Part shown: positions 12,286 through 24,830 of the stretch, in pieces
Layout: each line of letters opens with the position of its first letter
How positions within the stretch are numbered: position 1 is the first letter of the stretch
NCBI GenBank assembly: GCA_951406725.2
Contig: OX597817.1
Location: 150,226,001 to 150,290,000 of the forward strand
Source: Octopus vulgaris
Taxonomy: Eukaryota
Length of the DNA stretch: 64,000 bases
Direction: 5' to 3'
Translations under genes and position numbers: made by a program
Notes under the pieces: model-generated
Database searches by the model: none
What the model saw: only the letters and a program-made list of their open reading frames with translations
Told to the model about the DNA's origin: nothing

Positions 12286-12916
12286 AACAACAAACAAGAT
12301 GAGAACAAATATCCATCAAATGGAAATAATGTACATAATTCCTCATCTCTTAAATATAGGCCTGATGTTTTTGTTTACAAACAACAAACACCTGTAGCAA
12401 TGAAGAAAAATACAGATGCACTCACACACACACACACACACACACTCACAAGGCATTAGTCAATCCACTACTATGGTATGGGACATTAATTGATACAGTG
12501 AGATTGAACTCCTAACCGCTTGGTTCCAAAATGATTGTCCTGATCACACAGCCATCCCTCCACCTATTAAACACCATTTCATAAGCTACTTTAAGCTTTT
12601 CCATTAACAAACCAGTTTTTTTTTTCCATGAGTGCAAAGTTGATAAGGTTTTCCAACAATATTTCATCATCATTATCATCATCATTTAATGTCCATTTTC
12701 CCATGCTTGCATAAGTCAAACGGTTTATTGATTAATTAGTTAGAGTGCTATTCTTATAGACAATACCTTCCTGGCATTAATTCACAAGTTTGAAGAGATG
12801 CAGAGGTTGTGAGTTTGAGCCTGACTCAGAGCGGAAGTCTTTTCTACCATAACCCCAAGCCAACTAATACATTGTGAATGAATTTGGTCGGTGGTAACTG
12901 TGTGGAAGCCTGTATG

Positions 12917-12969
<53 letters not shown>

Positions 12970-14329
12970 TGTGTCTTTGTGTTATTGCTAGTACTTTATA
13001 AACTAACAGGTTATATTCTTTTGTTCTATTTGTTTCAGTCACTTGACTGGGGCCATGATGGAACACTGTCTTTTAGTCAAAGACCTCAACCTCTGGACTT
13101 ATTCTTTGTAAGCCTGGTACTTACTGTATCATAATCTTCTGCCAAACTGCTAAGTTGCTGGGATGTAAACACACCAACATTGGTTGTCAGGCGATTTGCA
13201 CGGGGTGGGTGGGTGGGGGGGTCAAACAGACACAACAACACAAATAATTATGTACAGATATATACAACGGGCTTCTTTCAGTTTCCATCTACCGAATCCA
13301 CTCACAAGACTTTGGTTGGCCAAGGCTATAGTTGACGACACTTGCCCAAGATGCCACGTAGTGGGACTGAACCTGGAACCATGCAGTTGGGAAGCAAGCT
13401 TATATATATCTTTCCTTTTACTCTGTACTTGTTCCAATCATTAGACTGCGGTCATGCTGGGGCACTGCTTTGAAGAATTCTTAGTCTAATGAGTCAGCCC
13501 CAACACTTACTTCTTCTTAAGCCTGGCACTTATTCTATTAGTTTCTTTTGCCAAACTGCTAAGTTATGGATGGGGGAACAAACAGAGATACAGTGACACG
13601 CACGTGCATGCACATACACACATACACACGCACGCGCATTGGCTCCTGTGCTGGTGGCACATAAAAGGTACCCACCACACCCTTGGGGTGGTTGTGTTAG
13701 GAAGGGCATCCAGCTGTAGAAACAGATTGGAGCCTGGTGCAACCTACTGTGTTGCCAGTCCTCAGTCAAACCATCCGACCCATGCCAGCATGGAAAACAG
13801 ACGTTAAACGATGATGATGATCTTGATGATGATATACAATGGTCTTTTTTCCGTCTACCAAATCCACTCACAAGGCTTTGGTCAGCCCAAGGCTATAGTA
13901 GAAGACACTTGCCCAATTTGCCACACAGTGGGACTGAACCTGGAACCATATGGTTGGGAAGCAAACCTCTTACCACACAGCTGCACCTGTGCCTGGATGT
14001 ATGTATATATGTATGTATTGTATATATGTATGTAAGTATGTATGAATGAATAATAAATTTTGCCTCATCAGATAGTTAATATATAGCCTTCGTTATAGCT
14101 TTCCAACATGGAAATGTCTGACCTTGTCTAATTTAATATTAAGCAGCTAAGTTAGCATTAACATAATTAATGGAGTGAGCATTAAAAAGCTAACTGAAAA
14201 TAATTGTATGATATATATATCGCACTGCTGTATCCAGTTATAGCATGATATAATTACAATACAACATAAGTGAAATATAATATAATTTATTTTAATTTCC
14301 ATATTGTAAAGTTACTGCATGTTTCATTA

Positions 14330-14603
14330 AGTGTTGCCAGTACTGCCTGACTGACCCTCGTGCCAGTGGCACATAAAAAGCACCGTGTGAGCGTGGCCAT
14401 TGCCAGTACCGACTGAATGGCACGTAAAAGCACCCACTACACTCTCAGAGTTGTTGGCATTAGGAAAGGCATCTAGCTGTAGAAGCTCTGCCAGATCAGA
14501 TTGGAGCCTGGTGCGGCCATCTGGTTCGCCAGACCTCAGTCAAATCGTCCAACCCATGCTAGCATGGAAAGCAGATGCTAAACGATGATGATGATGATGA
14601 TGA
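14330..14603 (+). mobile_element. RTE-type 3' end
   Basis: Tail family with (GAT)n. Confidence 0.75.
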
Positions 14604-15565
14604 GAGTAATAAGTTCAAATATTATCATGAATAAAGTTAAGAAAATCCTTTTGGGATTTATAAAACTGCACCCAGACAACATTCTACATTAGTCCTGCTG
14701 TTTTAGAATTTAACACATTTATTCTGTAATTAAAAGAGCTGGCAGAATGGAAATCCCAAAGCTACTGTTTGAAATCTTAATGTTTCTGTTGTGTGAATTC
14801 CTGGATCCTGCCTTTGCCTTGTGGTACAGTATCAAGTAAAATAACGACTGCCGAACAAACTGTAGCTCATTGTAGCTGCAGTGTAACTTGAATAAGTGGA
14901 AAGTAGTAATGAAGTAGGACTATTGTATTTCAGAGATGCTCTGTTGATAGTCTTCTGTTGCTGAGTCGCATATTTGTATCAGCACTGCTATATTTAGTAA
15001 TTCTAATTATATCATGGTTTATCATATCAATATCTCTTGCTGATTAAATAAACATGTCATTATCATTAATTTGGGAGTTACAACAAATCAAATAACCATA
15101 AAATCCAGAAATAAACTCGGTTTCAGAGATAAGTATTCTAAAATCTTCCCTTCGTTCTAGATTATTTTACCTTAACGTCTCACCTTGAATAGGATCCCAG
15201 TTACATTCCTAATTTTCAAGACAGCAGAGGTGCCAAGACTGTAACATGCTGAACTCAATGTTGTAGGGTATTTAGTTTCACCCACCCACTGACTTTTGGA
15301 ATCCCACTTGACACTAAATTTAACTTTCATCACTTTTGGGCTGATAAAATACCAGTAATATACTGGTGCACTTTCTGTCAATTCCACTTTCTCCACAAAA
15401 ATTATTCTGAGTCTAATGAAAATCTTTATTGTTATTTCTCTTCATTTATATTTTTGATTGTTTATTAGCTGTATTCTGCCCTCCAAGTGACTGGAAGTCT
15501 GTTATTTCAGTATTTTCTTCGTCGTTTATCTTTTACATTTTGCTATAGTTTTTATGAATAATTAT

Positions 15566-15786
15566 ACTCTTTTACTCTTTTACTTGTTTCAGTCATTTGA
15601 CTGTGGCCATGCTGGAGCACCGCCTTTAGTCGAGCAAATCGACCCTAGGACTTATTCTTTCTAAGCCTAGTTCTTAATCTATCAGTCTCTTTTGCCGAAC
15701 CGCTAAGTTACGGGGACATAAACACACCAGCATCGGTTGTCAAGCGATGTTGGGGGACAGACACACAAACATATACACACACATAC

Positions 15787-15861
<75 letters not shown>

Positions 15862-16013
15862 TACGACAGACTTCTTTCAGTTTCCGTCTACCAAATCCAC
15901 TCACAAGGCTTTGGTCGGCCCAAGGTTATAGTAGAAGACACACGCAGTGGAACTGAACCCAGAACCATGTGGTTGGTAAGCAAGCTACTTACCACACAGC
16001 CACTCCTACCACC
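15566..16013 (-). mobile_element. SINE family A
   Basis: Reverse complement of the 2577-2960 element. Confidence 0.85.
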
Positions 16014-17319
16014 TATAGTTTATAAAATAACAAGTTTATATATATCTTTTCTTCTTTCTTTTACTTATTTTAGTCATTAGACTGTGGCCATGCTGGGACA
16101 CTGCCTTGAAGAAATTTTAGTTGAACAAATTGACCCCAATACTTAGATTTTTGATTTAAAGCTTGTACTTATTCTATCTATCTCTTTTGTTGAACAGCTA
16201 GATTCACAAAAACATATATACATATCATCATCTTCATCATCATTTAATGTCTGTTGTCCATGCTGGCATGAGTTGGACAGTTTAACCAAGGCTGGCACAC
16301 TGGAAGGCAGCACCAGACTCCAGTCTGTTTTGGTATGGTTTATATGGCTGTATGCCCTTCCTAATGCCAACCATTCCAAGAGTGTAATGGGTGCTTTTAT
16401 GTGCCATTTGTGTGACACTGGTATCTGCCATGACTGTAATTTTACTTGGCTTTATGGGTCTTCTTCTCAAGCACAACATAATGCCAAAGGTCACAGTCTT
16501 TGCCTCTGTGAAGCTGCCAAAGGTCTTAGTCATTGCCTCTGTGAGACTGCCAATAGCCTTGGTCATTGCCTCTGTGATGTAGTCATTGCCTTGTCTCGCA
16601 AATCCACTCACGAGGCTTTGGTCAGCCCGAGGTTATAGTAGAAGACACTTGCCCCAGGTGCTATGCCATGGGACTGAACCCAGAACCATATGGTTGGGAA
16701 GCAAACTGCTTACCACACAGCCATGCCTGTGATGTGTGTGATGGGTTGATTGTGTCTTGTGACTGTGCAGCAAAAAAAAAAAACTCACACATCTTATAGG
16801 TTTACAAATGTTTCAACAGCAAAAGCATAACGTACACTAGTTCAAAACATGATGGTAATAATAAACGAAATGGTAAAACATTAGCTACAAAAGGATACCA
16901 TTACCATCTGGCTAACGTCACTAGCACCATAGTAATGGTCATGTAAAATATGGGAGATTTTTCTGCTGCATCCTCTACGACTATTTTAATGTTCTTTTAT
17001 CCTTTTACTTTATAAGCCTTTTGATAAAAAGTTTCTTTTTTTAATTTTGAAAGTTCTGTCTTATGATTAATTCTTTGTAACTTTAATAAATGAAAGCCAC
17101 AACACATAGCGTTAGCCTTTAAAATGAAACTTTTCATCTATTAGGGTTCTAAAAAGTTGTCTGGTGATTCACATTGGTCATGGAAGTTGTGTAATTTCAG
17201 TCAATGTAAGAAATATATGATTGGTATTAATTGAAATACAAATAAAGAAGCTCGTCAAAGGTTTTGTGTACCAACTCCACTGAGAATATTTTGCATGTAT
17301 ATTGATGTGTATGTTTGTA

Positions 17320-17675
17320 CATCATCATCGTTTAACATCCACTTTCCATGCTGGCATGGGTTGGGCGGTTTGACTTAGGACTGGCAAGCCGGGAGGCTGC
17401 ACAAGACTCCAATCTGATCTGGCAAAGTTTCTACAGCTGGATGCCCTTCCTAATGCCAACCACTCTGAGAGCATAGTGGGTGCATTTTACCTACCACCTG
17501 CATGGGGGCCAGTCAGGTGGCACTGACATCAACCACACTCAAATGGTGCTTTTTACATGCCACCGGGATGGGAGCCAGTCAGGTGGCACTGGCATCAACC
17601 ACACTTGATTTCAGCCATTTGCATGCTACCGGCGTGGGTGCCAATCAGGCAGCACTGGCATCAGCCACAACTGCA
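17320..17675 (-). mobile_element. RTE-type 3' end with three ~59-bp units
   Basis: Same family as 3546-4065. Confidence 0.75.
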
Positions 17676-18441
17676 ATTATGTGAAAAATATATTTAAACC
17701 AGAGATGTTGGCATCTTCAACATCTCTCCTACAGTCACCATCAACAGAAATCTTATCATTATTCTGAATGAAATAATCAAATATGAAATAAAAATCTGAA
17801 AATGGAGAGAATATATCTACTATTCACTTCTCCCTGGCAATGATGATAATGAGGGCAATCTTTAGTGGAATGTACCAGAAACTTTTAGATTATAAAATTA
17901 AGATTTAGTTTCTTTATCTTTTGAAACATGCATCAAAAATTGCTTTTTGCTCTTTTCTGTTTCTCTCTTTTTCTCTTAGTTCTGTTCTTCATGTAAACAG
18001 AATGGTCCCATCTTTGACCTACTTATCTTTCACTCACCCTATCTTTTTCCCCGAGACTTTAAGGCACAATCTAGCATCACATCTTTCAGAAACTGACTTC
18101 CTCTCCTCACATATGTAAATAAAGTTTGAAAAATAGAAGTTGAAACTAGTTCTGAGTGTTTTTCACAAATTATTCTGAGAGTTCTTTATGTGTGCATGCA
18201 CACACACATATGCATGTGCACACTCACACACATATATAAATACATATGTATGTGTGTGTTTCTATATGTATGTGCATGTATGTATATGTGTGTGTGTATG
18301 TATATATCTGTGTGTGAAAATATTTTACTGTGGAAAAAAATAACTTTTATACTATGTTATTAAACTTGGATATGTCACTGCAGTATAATTTCTAAACTAG
18401 ACTTCTATTTATTTAACTTTAAACAGATATATTAAATGAAC

Positions 18442-18462
18442 TTTATTTTTTTATTTCTATAG
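18442..18462 (+). promoter_or_regulatory. Splice acceptor of the PRMT coding exon
   Basis: Polypyrimidine tract tttattttttttatttctatAG ending 8 nt before the ATG. Confidence 0.7.
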
Positions 18463-18470
18463 TTTGGAAA

Positions 18471-19829
18471 ATGGACTGCAAGGAATCCATTCTGGTTAAG
18501 AAGACATCAGTCAAGAACTCGACTCCTTCGCAAGAACTACAGAATAAGTCACCTGCAAAAAACCAAAGTCTAGATGATGCAGCGAACATGAACCAATCAC
18601 TTCCAGAAGATACAAAAGAGAAAAGTATCACAGAATCACAGTCCAATTATTTTGACAGTTATACGAATGTATCCGTCCATGAGCTCATGATTAAAGATAG
18701 ACCAAGAACACTGGCTTATAAGCATTTTATTGAGAACAACAAATATTTATTTCAAGACAAGATTGTTCTGGACGTTGGGGCTGGAACAGGTATTCTTTCT
18801 TGTTTTGCAGCCCAAGCTGGAGCAAAGAAAGTGTATGCTGTTGAAGCAAGTGACATTGCAGAGATCTGTGAAGATATTGTCTATCAGAATCATTTTGAAA
18901 ATCAGATTACCGTTATTCATAAACCTATTGAAGAAGCTGAACTTGACTGTAGTTGTGTGGATGTCATTTTATCTGAATGGATGGGATTTTATTTGCTTCA
19001 TGAATCCATGTTAGACTCGGTACTCTACGCGCGTGATAAATGGCTCTCACCAAATGGTATTTTACTTCCTTCAAGGGCAAGTTTACATTTATCTCCTGTT
19101 TCTATGAAAGAATATCACAATGACCATTTTTCTTTCTGGAAGAATGTCTATGGACTTGATTTCTCACCAATGATTCCATTGTCTCTCAAGAAATACTTCA
19201 GTGATCCTGTTATTGAAGTTCTAAAACCAGACCAATTAATGTCTCCAGCTCTTCCAGTTTTTGATATTGATCTAAAGACAGTTACATTAACTGAAATACA
19301 ATCAATTAGCAAAACATTTACGTTTAGTCTTCAGAAAACTGGAAGTGTTCATGGTTTTGCATGTTGGTTTGATGTGATTTTTGAAGATAAAATCAACAAA
19401 GAATTTTCTAAAAATTTAACTCTGTCAACTTCACCTTTTGCAGAAGCAACTCATTGGAAGCAAACTGTGTTCTTTTTACCAACGCCATTGCTAGTTGATT
19501 GTGACGATGAGATTCCTTGTACTCTGACTCTGTCGCAGGATAGTGGAAATAAAAGACATTATAACATATGTATTGAGGTGCCTGACGATGCTATTGAAAA
19601 TGAAGCTGCAACAGACGATAGTATAAATATTACTGGGGATGATATTGATACACCTGAACAGCACAGTATTCCGTGTAACTGCAGTGCACCTAGATGTCAG
19701 CTAATTAAAACCATTGTAGAGAAATATGATGATGAGCAAACTGAACTGCAGAATGACAATGTGATTACTGTTACATCAGAAGAAATGGATGAGGAAAGTG
19801 AGCAAGATATTTCAGATTCCACTTCTTGA
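18471..19829 (+). CDS. Type I protein arginine N-methyltransferase, PRMT6/Drosophila Art8-like, 452 aa, single coding exon
   Basis: YFxxY helix (YFDSY), HELMIKDRPRT, motif I VLDVGAGTG, post-I VYAVEAS, double-E loop SEWMGFYLLHESM, THW loop (ATHWKQT); intact ORF with no TE similarity. Confidence 0.95.
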   Translation: MDCKESILVKKTSVKNSTPSQELQNKSPAKNQSLDDAANMNQSLPEDTKEKSITESQSNYFDSYTNVSVHELMIKDRPRTLAYKHFIENNKYLFQDKIVLDVGAGTGILSCFAAQAGAKKVYAVEASDIAEICEDIVYQNHFENQITVIHKPIEEAELDCSCVDVILSEWMGFYLLHESMLDSVLYARDKWLSPNGILLPSRASLHLSPVSMKEYHNDHFSFWKNVYGLDFSPMIPLSLKKYFSDPVIEVLKPDQLMSPALPVFDIDLKTVTLTEIQSISKTFTFSLQKTGSVHGFACWFDVIFEDKINKEFSKNLTLSTSPFAEATHWKQTVFFLPTPLLVDCDDEIPCTLTLSQDSGNKRHYNICIEVPDDAIENEAATDDSINITGDDIDTPEQHSIPCNCSAPRCQLIKTIVEKYDDEQTELQNDNVITVTSEEMDEESEQDISDSTS

Positions 19830-19863
19830 GTTCTCTACTAAATCACTTAAAACAGACCGAAAT

Positions 19864-19869
19864 AATAAA
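19864..19869 (+). terminator. Candidate polyadenylation signal
   Basis: AATAAA about 35 nt after the stop codon, with GT-rich sequence downstream. Confidence 0.4.
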
Positions 19870-21249
19870 CACTGTTAGTTGCTAGTAAATTATTCTGTGT
19901 GTTCATTACACGGCAGATTTCTTACTACTTCCATTAAACTATCTTCATCTTTATCCTCAACGACATTATTTTAAGAGATCAGTTTAAGCAAAGTGACTCT
20001 ATTAGACCAGCAGTCATTCTCAAGTATTTCATGTTCTCCTGTTACAAACTTTTACAGGAATACATCTCGTATTTTTCTATCAAGTTGCCTATTGTCTTAC
20101 GGCACTCCATAAAAACAGGTGCTTATACCAAAGTTAATATATAAACATGTTTACACTTGTATACATATCTGTACATACAAAGTGTATGAAACAAAATATA
20201 TACATACATATATATATATATACATACAAGAAGCAATGGATTTAGTTCCATGGCAAATCATTTGCTCAGAAATTACAGAATTGTTGATTGTTTTGTTTTC
20301 CCTCTCCTTTCTCTTCTTATGAAATGTCTGAAAGGGTAGAACAGTCAGATGGTTATTCTGTCTGCCTACTCTTTCTTAAATCCCTACCTGCAGTTATAGA
20401 AGAGTCTTTTGTTGTTCTTCTGTTCCCCCTTCTCCTCCTCCTCCCCTCCTCCCAATGTTTACATTCAATTTTCTCTTTCTGCCCCTTGGTGCTATATTAT
20501 TAGATCTAAAAGTCATTAATTATAGAAATTCAGTTTCATCTCTCAAGCTACACATCACTTAGATTCTAATTCTGTTTATCTGTTTGGATGTAATCCTCAA
20601 AATATTCAAAATAATGCATTATAGTGCAGCAATTTTTTTCAGTAACGTACCAAAAAGGTAATTAACTATTTAATTGAATTGAAAGAGAAAAAAACAAACC
20701 AATTAGTTTGTGTACATGTACTGCTGCAAGAATATGCATGTATAAGTATTATGATGTGGGTATACACATCTGGTGTAAAATGGTATTACACAAATAAATA
20801 GTTGGTTATGGTTATCTAAAAATAACCCATTGCAGAAATATATGTTAAAACACAGAACGCACTCCACACTACTCGAACGTAGGTATGATACTCAGTATTT
20901 CACTGTTCAACTATTGACTGTTAAACCAGCCCGTTAACAGTTCACTTGGTTCTTCTTTATGATAATCGGTGAGTCCACCTTCAGTCACGCAGGGGTGTTC
21001 AGGATTCTCCCATAACAATAAGTGCTTGTGTACATGTGTGTGTGTCTGTGTCTGTCTCTGTGTGTGTGTGTGTGTGTAAAAACCTTCTAGAATAGGAAAT
21101 AATAGAAAAGTGTTTCAGCTGTGATTATCCAGGGTCTTTTTTTTCCCCTAGATACAGTGAATATATAGGGCTACATTGGGTTTCATATGCAGATTCCATA
21201 ATAGAGTGAATATATTGTTTGTCTATTAGTATGCCTGTTAACAGCCTGT

Positions 21250-21636
21250 GTGGAGGCGCAATGGCCCAGTGGTTAGGGCAGCGGACTCGCGGTCGGAGGA
21301 TCGCGGTTTCGATTCCCAGACCGGACATTGTGAGTGTTTATTGAGCGAAAACACCTAAAGCTCCACGAGGCTCCGGCAGGGGGTGGTGGTGAACCCTGCT
21401 GTACTCTTTCACCACAACTTTCTCTCACTCTCTCTTCCTGTTTCTGTTGTACCTGTATTTCAAAGGGCCAGCCTTGTCACACTCTGTGTCATGCTGAATC
21501 TCCTCGAGAACTACGTTAAGGGTACACGTGTCTGTGGAGTGCTCAGCCACTTGCACGTTAATATCACGAGCAAGCTGTTCCGTTGATCGTATCAGCTGGG
21601 ACCCTCATCGTCGAAACCGACGGAGTGCTCCTATTA
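21250..21636 (+). mobile_element. tRNA-derived SINE family C, young copy
   Basis: tggcccagtggttaggg..ggtttcgattccc head; CpG-rich; 11-bp TSD taacagcctgt at 21239-21249 and 21637-21647. Confidence 0.9.
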
Positions 21637-21672
21637 TAACAGCCTGTATATTTTTGTATATGTGTTTTTATA

Positions 21673-22539
21673 CAGGGAGGGTAAAAAGTAAGTAGGCATT
21701 AAAAATTGGTAATAAAATGCATATTCCTTTTATGAATTTATTGAAACAAATGATACATGTTCTTTATTACATGGGAAAATGAAAGTATATCTTCATATTT
21801 CAACGTAAGCACTGGTGGCACAACCAGTTTTGTTAAACAGCCAGGAATGGAATAAACAACCTCCTGGAGGACGTCGCCTGGAATATCATTGAGAACCTCC
21901 TGAATCAGTGTCTCCAAGTCCTCTGGTGTGCGAGGTTTTGTTTTGTACAACTCCTCTTTTGTGTAACCCCATAGGTAAAAATCACATGGAGTGAGATCTG
22001 GAGATCTTGGAGTTCTGGACTTCTGCGGTCACAGTCTTCAAGTTTTAGCTCCTGCACATAATGGGGTTTCCACAGACGAAAATTCAATTCTTTATGCAAC
22101 ACCGTACATATTGTGTGTCTTGTTAGTCCACTTTCATGAACAGCTTAACATGTTGATCTTTGCAGGCTGCTATTAAACATTTCCTGCACTGTTGCCACAT
22201 TCTCCGCTGATCGGAATGTGGTTGGATGGCCACTTCTTCTTGCATCATTTACAGAGCTCGCAGTCATCAGCTTTGCATGACAACTTTTTATTGTCTACAG
22301 ATGTAGTGCTGCATGCTTACCTTTCCATGCACACCACTATCTCTGAACCAAATCAATGGAATTCCACACTTCAGTGCGTGCTGCTATCTCAGCTCACTCC
22401 TGAACAGTCAAGTGACTAGCCATCTGGAAAATAAGAAATCCCCATTAGTATTGTTTGTTTAAAAAATGTTTCATGACTTCAATGATACTAAAAATTCCAT
22501 AAACAATTTCTTAGGCCTAGTTACTTTCCACCCACCCTA
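21673..22539 (-). mobile_element. Internally deleted IS630-Tc1-mariner element (DD41D/rosa-like)
   Basis: Imperfect TIRs cagggagggtaaaaagtaagtagg and cctagttactttccacccacccta with TA flanks; peptides LWKPHYVQELKLEDCDRR, SPDLTPCDFYLWGY and YKTKPRTPEDLETLI. Confidence 0.8.
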
Positions 22540-22577
22540 TACATACATATATATATAGATAGATCGATAGATATCCT

Positions 22578-22732
22578 TTTTCTTTTCTCTCCTTGTTTCT
22601 TTCTGTGTTCCTTTCTGTGGAAGAGCGTAGGCTCAAAACGTAAAAGACTTTTTCAATTCCCGAGCATGATACTAATACATCTGTTTGTTTTCTACACCAC
22701 CTGTCTTCGTCTTCTGTTTTTGTCGTGAATTC

Positions 22733-22735
<3 letters not shown>
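22578..22735 (+). mobile_element. Second PLE-like terminal fragment with a hammerhead-like motif
   Basis: ctttCTGTGGAa-GAGC gtag GCTC-aAAACGTA-aaag; inverted homolog at 29685-29830. Confidence 0.55.
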
Positions 22736-22768
<33 letters not shown>

Positions 22769-23159
22769 GATGTATAATATATTACATGATATATATACAC
22801 ATTACTTTTACTTTTTTCAGTCATTGGACTACTGCCATGCTGGGGCAACAAATCAACCCCAGTACTTATTTTTTAAAGTTTTGTACTTATTTTATTGGTC
22901 ACTTTTTGCTGTACTGCTAAGTTACAGGGTTTAATCAAACCAACAGTAATTATCAAGCAAGGGGGAGGGTCAAATGGAATCACAAAAACAAAAGAAAATT
23001 ACTCACAAGACATTGGTCAGTGTGGTGCCACAGTAGAAAATATTTGCTCAAGGTGCCATGCAGTGGGACTGAACCTGGAATTGTGTAGTTGTAAAGTGAA
23101 CTTCTTAACCACACAGCCATGCCTACATATATTATGCACAACAGAGTGTAAATAAGAAC

Positions 23160-24830
23160 CGAAATAATTTTAAATATTACAAGCTTCCTGATGTCTTCTT
23201 TTACGCTTATGTTGCATATCCATTTCTCATTTTAAAAACCAGCAGTAGTCCATCAGCATGTTTGGTGTAAGTCTGCAACTGTAGTAATTTTCTAGTTCTT
23301 TGATTTCTTGATGAAATCGTTCACCATGCCCATTGCTTACATCACCCATATTGGGTGGAGAAAAGTCAAGATGAGAGTAGAGAAAAGGAATTATTAGAGA
23401 CATTCTTGCCTCAAGTTGCTTATAAGCTTTCAAAAAATCATTCACAGTTGCAACGTAGATGAGTTTTCATTTCCCAAACAATTTTTTACAAGAGAAACAA
23501 GCTTTTCCCAAGCAGTTTTTTCTACTGGGCTTAATTTTTCTTGAAAAAGCTCATCCCAAATTAGTGTGCTAATTTCTGGTCCATTAAAAACACCAGCTTT
23601 GATCTTAGCTTCACTCTTGCTAGAAACATTTTTCACTGAGATATTTGAATCCTTCACTATCTTCATTCATGGCCTTAACAAAATTCTAAAACAAGCCAAG
23701 TTTAATGTGTAGGGGAGGAAGGTAAATTTTCTGAGGGTTAACTAAAGAGATATATTTGATGTTGTATCTCCCTGGAGTGAAATCACTTCTTTTTGGCCAC
23801 TCTTTTTGATCATAGTGATGCTTGTCATCTCTGCTGTTCCAAAGACACAAAAAGCACTTATGTTTTTTGTCTATCCCATTTGCAACCCAGTAAACCAACA
23901 ACTTGGTTCACACCATATCATTGGTACTGCAAATGGCATACTTTCCCGTTTACCATTCAGCCATTGGGTTAGTGCTATGTAGCAGTTTTTGCAACAAACA
24001 CGAGGCACCCACTGGTTATCTTGTTCCCCCAACTTTGCACCCAAAGTAAAGCTTGTAAACATCTAAAAATTTCTTTGTAAGATTATTTCTCTGATCTTTT
24101 GGCATAAATTTTCCACACATGTAACAAAAGCTGTCTGGGTGATTAACACAAACTTTTCTACTCATCATAAATGCATACAGTAATAGCCTAAAACAGCACT
24201 CAAGGAAGCCTATCAGTAAACTAAAATATAAAATCAATCAACTGTAGATGTTACTATAAAACATGAAAAAAAATCATTGAAGTTATTACAGAATGTACTG
24301 AAGCTATGGCTATCACGAAACAATTTTTTCCATCTCTAAATTTCTATCATTGATCACTTTAATAAATAACTAAACTTACTACTAAAACTACTTTTCATAT
24401 AACCTGGCTCTCTTATTTGATGTACATTGTTTTAACAGCACTCGCAGTTATAAAGAAAAGGGAGTCTAAGTGGCTTACTATAACCTAATATCAATAGCCT
24501 ACTGTGAGGAGATCTTTACTATAATTACAGCAATAACAAAGTGAAATAAATTCTCATCTTGTGTAGCAATTTAACAGGTAGCCTACATTTCCCTCTATCG
24601 GCACTTATTTTTGTTTCAGTGATGAGTATATGAATGTCAATCAATAGCAAAGAGTCTACTACTTTGTCAATATTATCAATTGGTTGGAAAATCTGATGCT
24701 GTAAATAACTAAAAACTACACGTGCTTTCTGAAAACTGGTGTCAGATTTGGATTCAGCACCCTAGAATTACCCTAAATCAGATGAAAAAGTTTAAAGAGC
24801 ATGACAAAAAAAATTTTTTCTTGCCCAGTA
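23160..24830 (-). mobile_element. Chapaev3 (CMC superfamily) transposon remnant
   Basis: CVNHPDSFCYMCG, WVPRVCCKNC, MPFAVPMIW, CFLCLWNSR, LPPLHIKLGL, SEAKIKAGVF.GP, HGERFHQEI, DYCW; 5' terminus (t)actgggcaagaaaaaatttt..gctgaatccaaatctg next to TAA; 3' terminus missing; internal deletion. Confidence 0.88.

Larger units (their letters stand above)
11478..12364 (-). mobile_element. 5'-truncated Penelope-like element: GIY-YIG C-terminus, 3' pseudo-LTR (11478-11705) and inverted pseudo-LTR (12126-12364)
   Basis: GIY-YIG peptide on the minus strand; 12126-12364 is an inverted copy of the left terminal repeat with a longer tail; possible degenerate TSD tgattcttttatttac / tgatgtttttgtttac. Confidence 0.88.

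Noticed and set aside
19827-19841. Selenocysteine or readthrough at the PRMT TGA
   Set aside because: In-frame TAA follows after three codons and no SECIS is evident
20910-21025. Minus-strand peptide LWENPEHPCVTEGGLTDYHKEEPSELL
   Set aside because: No good acceptor and no recognisable homology
21250-21325. Functional tRNA gene (also at 10890 and 59361-59435)
   Set aside because: Acceptor and T stems do not pair, and the sequence continues into SINE bodies
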